Shown here piece by piece: positions 57,052-64,000 of a stretch of 64,000 nucleotides of DNA. This DNA is from an uncultured Candidatus Poseidoniales archaeon (lineage in GTDB: Archaea; Thermoplasmatota; Poseidoniia; Poseidoniales; Thalassarchaeaceae), in assembly GCA_963968165.1 (NCBI GenBank), contig CAXAFE010000002.1, positions 72,244 to 136,243 of the forward strand, read 5' to 3'. The notes beneath the pieces are model-generated. The model was not told where the DNA came from. It was given only the letters and a program-made list of their open reading frames with translations, and searched no databases. Position numbers and translations under genes: made by a program. Numbering within the stretch: the first letter of the stretch is position 1; each line of letters opens with the position of its first letter.

Positions 57052-59394
57052 GTGTCTATGAAAATACATTCACGTAGTATCATTGTGATGTCTATTTTAT
57101 TTATGGCAATGGCATTCAGTCCACTTGTAAGCTCATTTCCAACAGGAATATCAGGAGTGAAAGATTCAGGATGTAATTGTCATGGCGCTACAACAAGTGA
57201 TTCGGTCGTACCTACGTTAGACGGCTTACCGGAAGTTTACAATTATTCTGAAACATACGAGATAACAGTAGCATTTACCGGAGGCCCAAGCACTATTGGT
57301 AATATAAATCTTGGAGGATTTCACTTATGGGCTAGTGATGGAGAATTAGAGATTCTCGATGCAACTGTACAAAAATATAATCCAAGTGAAGTAGGACACA
57401 CAGAAGTTGGTAATGATCAAACAACTTGGACTATGGTTTGGACTGCTCCTGCTTCCGACAAGAATATAGAATTTATTCTACATACTAACTCAGTTAACGG
57501 GAATGCTGGTGGTGGAGCAGGTAGTTCTGGAGATGAATGGAATAGAATTACTGCAAAAGTAAGTGCGCCAATAGAGGTCTTGGAACAAGCAAATCCATAT
57601 GTTGTACTTTCTACTCTGATTGTAATTTCGGCAATTTTGCTAGTAATTACTGTAACTTATATATTCTACAGAACCAATCCTGATTCTTTTAATTGGAAAA
57701 CATTCGAGCCATGGATTAGTGAATGGTTAACGAGTACAGATCATAAGAAGGTCGGTACTCTCTACTTCCTTGCAGGATTGTTTTTCCTAGGTGTAGGAGG
57801 AATTATGGCACTAATGATTAGAATACAATTATCAGTACCTGGAAATGATTTCTTAACTCAGGATCAATATAATCAATTTTTCACACTTCATGGAACTACT
57901 ATGATATTTTTGGCAGCAATGCCATTAATCAATGGTTTTGCTAATTGGATGGTCCCCCTACAGATAGGTGCACCTGATCTTGCTTTACCCAGAATTAACG
58001 CAATGTCATTTTGGCTCCAGCCAGTTGGTGCTCTTTTAATCTTCACAGGAGTATTTTCTGGAACTGGAGCAGATACTGGTTGGACCGGTTATGCTCCATA
58101 TATAGTAAGTGAAACTGCCCATGTTGGAACAACTATGTGGGTAGCAGGGCAAATAATGTTAGTTGCATCATCAACTCTAACTGGAGTTAACTTTCTTACA
58201 ACTATTGCCGTAATGAGAGCCCCTGGAATGGGATGGATGCAAATGCCTCTTTTCACTTGGTCAATATTAGTAGCTAACTTGATGTTGTTCCTTTCAATAC
58301 CTGCATTCGGAGTCGGCCTAGTCCAAGTCTACTTAGACAGAGTGATTGGGACCGCTTTCTACGATGCATCTTCTGGAGGAGATCCTTTACTTTGGAGCCA
58401 TCTTTTCTGGTACTTTGGACATCCAGAAGTTTATGTAGTTATAGTACCAGCTTTCGGGGTAATTTCTGAGGTTATCGCGACTAGTGCAAGGAGAACGGTG
58501 TTCGGATATCGATCTATGGTTTATGCAATGGCGGGAATTGGAGTCGTATCTTTTATTGTTTATGGACACCACATGTTTACCTCTGGAATGAGCCCAACAT
58601 TGAGATTCGTAACAATGTTAACAACGATGCTTGTTGCAGTACCGACGGGAATTAAGATATTTAATTGGTTGAAAACTATGCATAGAGGTTCTTTGGTTTA
58701 TAGAACGCATACGCTTTGGGCCCTTGGTTTCTTAGTGACATTTACTCTTGGGGGTATTTCTGGAATGTTTTTCCCTTCAATGGCTATGGATTTACACTTC
58801 CACGAATCTTATTTCGTAGTAGCACATTTCCATTATGTATTAGTCGGTGGAACCGTATTTGGTTTCTTTTCAGCAATATATTATTGGTTCCCGAAAATGA
58901 CTGGAAGAATGTTGGATGAACGTTTAGGAGTACTGCATTTCCTAACAGCATTCATAAGTTATAATGGAGTATTTTGGCCAATGCATAGATTAGGAGTTTG
59001 GGGTATGGCAAGAAGGCATCATACATATTTCATTTCAACAGAGGAAGCCATGGGATCTCTTCCTGCTGAAGCAGCTGGATGGAATATGTTTATTTCAGTC
59101 AGTGCATTCTTATTCTTCTTCTCTAACTTCTTACTTATTGCGAATATGATAAAATCGGTAATTCGTGGTAAAAAGGCACCTGCTGACCCATGGGGAGGTT
59201 GGTCGTTTGAATGGATGACGTCTTCACCGCCTCCCACACCAAGTTTTGGTCATTTTAATCATGGAGAATGGGTAGACTTGCCGACATTAAAGGATGCTAA
59301 TGACGAGCATATTGCTAATGACCCAAGTCCATTGGTAAAATGGTTCCAAAGTTTAATGGTATTAGATGATGAAAACGAGGAGGTGAGTCATTGA
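57052..59394 (+). CDS. coxA: cytochrome c oxidase subunit I (type A1) with fused N-terminal secreted Reeler-like domain
   Basis: TDHKK, HGTTM, GWTGY, FWYFGHPEVY, GHH, PTGIK, VAHFHY, GMARR; extra ~200 aa with signal peptide and GCNCH. Confidence 0.95.
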   Translation: MSMKIHSRSIIVMSILFMAMAFSPLVSSFPTGISGVKDSGCNCHGATTSDSVVPTLDGLPEVYNYSETYEITVAFTGGPSTIGNINLGGFHLWASDGELEILDATVQKYNPSEVGHTEVGNDQTTWTMVWTAPASDKNIEFILHTNSVNGNAGGGAGSSGDEWNRITAKVSAPIEVLEQANPYVVLSTLIVISAILLVITVTYIFYRTNPDSFNWKTFEPWISEWLTSTDHKKVGTLYFLAGLFFLGVGGIMALMIRIQLSVPGNDFLTQDQYNQFFTLHGTTMIFLAAMPLINGFANWMVPLQIGAPDLALPRINAMSFWLQPVGALLIFTGVFSGTGADTGWTGYAPYIVSETAHVGTTMWVAGQIMLVASSTLTGVNFLTTIAVMRAPGMGWMQMPLFTWSILVANLMLFLSIPAFGVGLVQVYLDRVIGTAFYDASSGGDPLLWSHLFWYFGHPEVYVVIVPAFGVISEVIATSARRTVFGYRSMVYAMAGIGVVSFIVYGHHMFTSGMSPTLRFVTMLTTMLVAVPTGIKIFNWLKTMHRGSLVYRTHTLWALGFLVTFTLGGISGMFFPSMAMDLHFHESYFVVAHFHYVLVGGTVFGFFSAIYYWFPKMTGRMLDERLGVLHFLTAFISYNGVFWPMHRLGVWGMARRHHTYFISTEEAMGSLPAEAAGWNMFISVSAFLFFFSNFLLIANMIKSVIRGKKAPADPWGGWSFEWMTSSPPPTPSFGHFNHGEWVDLPTLKDANDEHIANDPSPLVKWFQSLMVLDDENEEVSH

Positions 59395-60554
59395 GTGGAG
59401 AATACCACGATGATGAGCACGAGCATCAGAGTGCTTGGGGACCTCATGATTGGAGTCATGGTGCCCCTCACAACTCATGGGCACCAATAATAATGTCAAT
59501 TGGAGTAGGTATTTTTCTCTACACCGTGGCATCAGTATATTCTTGGGGAGAAATGGTAGACCCAGCCAGTATTCCACTAGTATTACTAGGATTGATTATA
59601 ACATTCTTTGGACTGCTGATTTGGTGGAGACAGGATGCATCTTTTGATGGAGTTTATGAGCCAAGAGCAACTGGAACTCCATTCCAAAATATTCAAATTC
59701 GTAAGGTTGCAATGTGGATGTTCTTGATGTCTGAGATGATGGTTTTTACATCTTTATTCAGTACTTACATGAGATACAGACTAGGGCTTACTCCATGCAC
59801 TGAGATTTATGAAAGTGGATCATGGATAGTTAACTCACAAACAATATCTTCCGGTGAAGCAGTAAATTGTTTCTTACCTGCATCTGAATTAATTGCTTCA
59901 AGTTGGTTTCATATTGCACCTGGTGCAATCAATACCTTTGCTTTGATTATATCCTCTTTTACCATAGTCCAAGCATTACGCTGGGCAAAAAAGCCTGTTG
60001 GAACAGTTGATGAAGAAGTTCGTAGAAAGCGCGTATATAGATATCTTGGCAGTACTTGGATACTAGCAATAATGTTCCTCACTCTAAAAATGGTTGAATG
60101 GTTTATAGGATTTTATATTCCAGAGATTCCGTTTCTAGGAATTCAAGAGCATGATATTATGTCTTTAGTAAACGAAGGATATACAATTCATGCGGATCAT
60201 TATCATCCACATCATGGTTGGGATGATGTTCACCTTGCCGAGTTAGCGGCTGCCAACCCCGATCAGTTTTCCGAATATTTTGCAAATATAGCACTTTTAG
60301 AGGGCGAATACGAGACCACAGATGCTATTATGATGGCAGATATTAGAGTCAGTGCATCAACATTTTTCGTGACGACTGGTACTCATGGTGCGCACGTCTT
60401 CATTGGAATAATTGGATTGACATACATGACTTGGAAAGCATGGATAGGAGGATATACTCCACAAAACGCAGTATCAATAGAGTATTTTGGACTTTATTGG
60501 CACTTTGTGGACCTAGTGTGGGTGTTAGTATTCCCATTCTTCTATCTTTATTGA
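59391..60554 (+). CDS. coxC: cytochrome c oxidase subunit III with insertions
   Basis: MWMFLMSE, NTFALIISS, TGTHGAHV, LYWHFVDLVW. Confidence 0.92.
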   Translation: MSGEYHDDEHEHQSAWGPHDWSHGAPHNSWAPIIMSIGVGIFLYTVASVYSWGEMVDPASIPLVLLGLIITFFGLLIWWRQDASFDGVYEPRATGTPFQNIQIRKVAMWMFLMSEMMVFTSLFSTYMRYRLGLTPCTEIYESGSWIVNSQTISSGEAVNCFLPASELIASSWFHIAPGAINTFALIISSFTIVQALRWAKKPVGTVDEEVRRKRVYRYLGSTWILAIMFLTLKMVEWFIGFYIPEIPFLGIQEHDIMSLVNEGYTIHADHYHPHHGWDDVHLAELAAANPDQFSEYFANIALLEGEYETTDAIMMADIRVSASTFFVTTGTHGAHVFIGIIGLTYMTWKAWIGGYTPQNAVSIEYFGLYWHFVDLVWVLVFPFFYLY

Positions 60555-60563
60555 GGTGAAAAA

Positions 60564-60896
60564 ATGAGTGAACATAAAATTTTTGGTCAAGACATTTACT
60601 GGGTTAATTTCATTGGTTTGATGGTCCTAACTGCAATCGAAGTTGTAGCAGTTGGAAGCGAATTCTCCAAAGCGATGACTTTGTTCATACTCGTCGGCAT
60701 AGCAATACCTAAATTCATAATGATAGCTGCGATTTTTATGCACTTATGGGGAGATAAGGATTCAAAAATATTAACACTAACCGCACTTTTTCCAACTTTC
60801 TTCATTATCGTAATGGTACTATTCATTGGACTCACGCATCCTGACGCTACTACAGGATTACCCGAATGGTGTAGACCCGGATATTACAAACTCTGA
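60564..60896 (+). CDS. coxD: cytochrome c oxidase subunit IV
   Basis: LMVLTAIEV, PKF...FMHL; three TM helices; operon position. Confidence 0.85.
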   Translation: MSEHKIFGQDIYWVNFIGLMVLTAIEVVAVGSEFSKAMTLFILVGIAIPKFIMIAAIFMHLWGDKDSKILTLTALFPTFFIIVMVLFIGLTHPDATTGLPEWCRPGYYKL

Positions 60897-60937
60897 ACAT
60901 ATAGGTTCATTTCTAATGAGTATCTCGCCGGTACGCT

Positions 60938-61023
60938 GCCGAGATCGCATAGCCCGGTATTGCGGTGGATTTGAAATCCACTGTCCATTGGACTCGGGGG
61001 TTCAAATCCCTCTCTCGGCGCCA
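60938..61023 (+). tRNA. tRNA-Ser(TGA)
   Basis: GCCGAGA/TCTCGGC acceptor, GTGGA-TTTGAAA-TCCAC anticodon arm, variable arm GTCC-ATT-GGAC, G discriminator, CCA. Confidence 0.95.
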
Positions 61024-62073
61024 TTATACCTGATTTGGTATCCTAGAGGCTCCACGAACAATTAACTGATCTTCAAAGTACTTTAATTTAACAGGAGTAG
61101 TCATTACAGCTTCACCATCTACATTAACAAATAGTTCAGGATTGTGTGGATTATTGACTGGATTATTATTTGAGTCGACAGCTTTGAGTTCCATACTTTT
61201 TGCGGTACGCATGGAAATTTTACCCCATTTTCCAATATGCTTTCCCTTTTCTAAAGGACCCATGACTAATAACATCTGGATTTTAGATAAACCCCATGCC
61301 AATACTAGTGAGCCGTGTTTTTGAATTGGAGAAGCTCCCGGAGCAACCATAAATCCGCCTCCAAAAGTTTGACATTGACTCATACAAAAAAGTCCAGATA
61401 ATTCTACTACTTCTCCAGGGGCATCGTTAAATTTTATCCAACCTTTTTGATTTTTCCAACCCAAAATAGCTCTAATTCCCAAAAAGGTATATTTTAGTTG
61501 CCCTCTAATTTTTTTAAATTTTCCCTCGGTTTTCATACGATTGATAGCAGATGTTACTCCACTATCGCATTCAAGGAAACTCCATCTAACTAGATTACCG
61601 GATACTTCTGGATTACCATTACAAATGTGAGATTTAGGAGATGGGATTTGTGGATGAGCGGGAGCAGGGGGGCCTTCTACCCTAAATGCTCCAACTTTTC
61701 TATCCACGCCATTAGTAAGAATATCAATCGCTTTTTGCATTTCAGGGAATTTTTTTCCTTTAGGAATTGGAATTCCATGTGCACGAGCATAATCATTACC
61801 ACTTCCAATTGGGAGAATTCCTAATACCTTATCTGAACCACGTAATCCAGAGGCCACCTCATGGACCGTACCATCTCCTCCAACTGCAACAATTATTTCA
61901 TTATCAGAATTCTTTAAATCCGCTGCTAATTCCATTCCATGGCCGATATGCTCAGTATGAAATAAATCAATTATATATCCATTTTTTTTGAGAGATTCCT
62001 CAAAAAGTGCCCATTGTTTGATAGATAGTCCATCACGTGCTTTGGGGTTGAGGATACAGGCTATGCGGGTCAT
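61024..62073 (-). CDS. diacylglycerol kinase-family (YegS/DagK) lipid kinase
   Basis: ILNP, AVGGDGTVHEV, PIGSGNDYAR, FGGGF, VDGE. Confidence 0.9.
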   Translation of the reverse strand: MTRIACILNPKARDGLSIKQWALFEESLKKNGYIIDLFHTEHIGHGMELAADLKNSDNEIIVAVGGDGTVHEVASGLRGSDKVLGILPIGSGNDYARAHGIPIPKGKKFPEMQKAIDILTNGVDRKVGAFRVEGPPAPAHPQIPSPKSHICNGNPEVSGNLVRWSFLECDSGVTSAINRMKTEGKFKKIRGQLKYTFLGIRAILGWKNQKGWIKFNDAPGEVVELSGLFCMSQCQTFGGGFMVAPGASPIQKHGSLVLAWGLSKIQMLLVMGPLEKGKHIGKWGKISMRTAKSMELKAVDSNNNPVNNPHNPELFVNVDGEAVMTTPVKLKYFEDQLIVRGASRIPNQV

Positions 62074-62158
62074 GGTATCCTCAACATTGGATTCAGTCTT
62101 GAATGCTATGAATACGAGATATCATGAATGAGAGTCGTTTCGACCCACTCGAAGATGC

Positions 62159-63256
62159 ATGAATAATGATGAAAAATTCATGCAATACGCTTTAAAGATA
62201 GCAAATAAAGGTAAATACAAGGTAATGCCAAATCCTTTGGTTGGATGCGTGATTGTAAATAATGATGAGGTAGTTGCTGAAGGATGGCATGATCACCTAG
62301 GAGGATTGCATGCTGAACAGATGGCAATAGCGGATGCAGAAGCTCGCGGAATTTCATTGCAGGGTGCTACTGCATATATTACATTGGAGCCATGCAACCA
62401 TTTTGGTAGGACGCCTCCATGTACAGAAGCATTATTATGGGCAGGAATAAAAAAAGTAATAATTGGTGCTTTAGATCCAAATCCTACAGTAAGAGGTGGA
62501 GGTTTACAGGTATTAGAGAATGAAGGTTTTGAATTTAAGACGGGAGTGCTGAAAGATGCTTGTGAAGAGCAAATGGAAAATTTTATGCACTGGTGTAAAT
62601 TTAGAAAGCCGTTGGTTACCCTGAAGGCAGCCACCGATAATAATGGGAGAATAGATACTGACCATGATGTTCCCGCTCGAAGATTCAGTAACAATGGTTC
62701 ACTAGATTTAGTTCATGAGTTGAGGGCGGAATCAATGGCAATATTAGTTGGCATAGGGACAGTAATAAGAGATAATCCATCTTTAACAGTAAGGGGGCCA
62801 GATATTGGTCCAAGAGAAGAGCCTACAAGGATAGTAATAGATCCAAACAATAGAATTCCAAATAGTTGCAAATTGATGAATGATGGGCTTGCACCTACAC
62901 TTTTGATACAATTAGCAGAGTTTGACAAATCTAAAGATAAGGGGCATGTTGAAAGAGTAGTAATTTCAGATAATAGAGAAATTGAGATTTCAAAGATTTT
63001 AGACATGCTCGGAGATAGGAAAATTCAGTCACTTCTTGTCGAGGGCGGGAGCAACACCTGGGGCCGTTTTCTAAAATCTGGATTTGTAAATAAAGCGCAT
63101 TTATGTGTTTCAAATATGAAATTGGGTGGTAAATCTGATATTTTGTTTGGGGAACAAGATTTAAAGAGCGCTGGATTAGAGATAATTAAAGATATTTCAG
63201 TCGAAAATGATAGGATTACTTTGTGGAGAAATACAAAAAAAATATTACCGTATTAA
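62159..63256 (+). CDS. ribD: bifunctional riboflavin deaminase/reductase RibD
   Basis: PNPLVG, HAE, TLEPCNH..RTPPC, ILVGIGTVIRDNP, VEGG. Confidence 0.95.
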   Translation: MNNDEKFMQYALKIANKGKYKVMPNPLVGCVIVNNDEVVAEGWHDHLGGLHAEQMAIADAEARGISLQGATAYITLEPCNHFGRTPPCTEALLWAGIKKVIIGALDPNPTVRGGGLQVLENEGFEFKTGVLKDACEEQMENFMHWCKFRKPLVTLKAATDNNGRIDTDHDVPARRFSNNGSLDLVHELRAESMAILVGIGTVIRDNPSLTVRGPDIGPREEPTRIVIDPNNRIPNSCKLMNDGLAPTLLIQLAEFDKSKDKGHVERVVISDNREIEISKILDMLGDRKIQSLLVEGGSNTWGRFLKSGFVNKAHLCVSNMKLGGKSDILFGEQDLKSAGLEIIKDISVENDRITLWRNTKKILPY

Positions 63257-63334
63257 GTGTATTTGAACACACTTGGTACTGAAATACACATATATACTGC
63301 ACAGTGAGCCCAAAATGATATGAATGACGTACGT

Positions 63335-64000
63335 ATGACCCGCAGTTTAGCAATAACATTGATAATGTTACTTTCAGCAATGTCACCAATCTTGGCACCA
63401 GTATATGCTGATCATGAGAATGGGACAGGCAATGGAATGAGTAATTATGGTCCTCAAATCGATTTATCAATTTGGGATAATAATACGAGTTCTTGGGAAG
63501 CATTACCTAGTTTCGAAGAGATATTTTTAGATGCAGGAACATATCAAATGGAAATACTTTCTAGTAATTTATCCTTAAATGATTCCTATACGGTTGGATG
63601 GGATATTTATTCAATGGATGTAGAAATGGCTTTTGATGAGGAAGGAGAAGAAGAACCAGATAACATGTTCGAATCAAGAAATTGGACAGCTTATTATAAC
63701 TCAAGTTCTGAAAGTTTCAATATTACTATTGAAGAATTTACTTGTAATATCTTTATAATGATTTCTCTAGATAATCAATCCACCTACATGATCTACGAAG
63801 AATATCAAATAATTGGTCCATGTGGAAGTAATGGAATTCTGTCTACTCAGATAGAAATAGACGATAATGAAGAAGAAGTAGAACATTTATTTATTACTGA
63901 ATTTGAGGAGGCTTTTGAACTTGAATATGGTATTTATAATATGAGTTGGTCAGTTCCTAGTCAAACATTCAATAATTATCAGGATTATTTGATACACTTC
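63335..64000 (+). CDS. 5' part of a large acidic secreted/surface protein (truncated by the window end)
   Basis: MTRSLAITLIMLLSAMSPILAPVYA signal peptide; open to 64000; several N-x-S/T sequons. Confidence 0.8.
   Translation, partial: MTRSLAITLIMLLSAMSPILAPVYADHENGTGNGMSNYGPQIDLSIWDNNTSSWEALPSFEEIFLDAGTYQMEILSSNLSLNDSYTVGWDIYSMDVEMAFDEEGEEEPDNMFESRNWTAYYNSSSESFNITIEEFTCNIFIMISLDNQSTYMIYEEYQIIGPCGSNGILSTQIEIDDNEEEVEHLFITEFEEAFELEYGIYNMSWSVPSQTFNNYQDYLIHF

Noticed and set aside
60922..60945. tRNA-Ser leader ATCTCG complementary to its 5' acceptor strand
   Set aside because: Only 6 bp; may be chance and shows no bulge-helix-bulge
1..64000. CRISPR array, rRNA, IS elements, parS, inteins in PolB or IF2
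   Set aside because: None recognised by eye; protein lengths leave no room for inteins; a computational scan was not possible

Overview
AT-rich, gene-dense 64 kb chromosomal segment from an archaeon. Gene content (L7Ae-S28e-L24e-ndk-aIF5B, EF-1alpha-S10, SRP19-S8e, PolB, GINS, Sec61beta, deoxyhypusine synthase, geranylgeranyl reductase, alongside bacterial-type UvrB, RimK, IlvE, PepC, an A1 heme-copper oxidase and acidic secreted/PKD proteins) best fits Marine Group II Euryarchaeota (Ca. Poseidoniales); this is an inference. About 60 CDS, three tRNAs (Ile-GAT, Leu-CAA, Ser-TGA) and one unannotated box C/D sRNA predicted to guide 2'-O-methylation of C34 in intron-containing pre-tRNA-Met. No CRISPR, IS or provirus was seen. 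Best novelty candidate: a co-directional locus of a SAP-domain membrane protein, a Soj/ParA ATPase and, translationally coupled in the usual parB position, an EamA/DMT membrane protein starting with the ParB-type ParA-activating peptide (MTKKRLGRGL), next to rimK and xerA. This may be a membrane-anchored, parB/parS-independent positioning or segregation system. Other highlights: Cox1 fused to a secreted CxCH-bearing Reeler-like domain, a TT[CG]AA promoter element about 30 nt upstream of many starts, a Zn-ligand-free L24e, an Hc1-like small protein, an iodotyrosine deiodinase, and a xerA ATG out of frame across a G7 run. All calls come from reading motifs by eye; no database searches were run.
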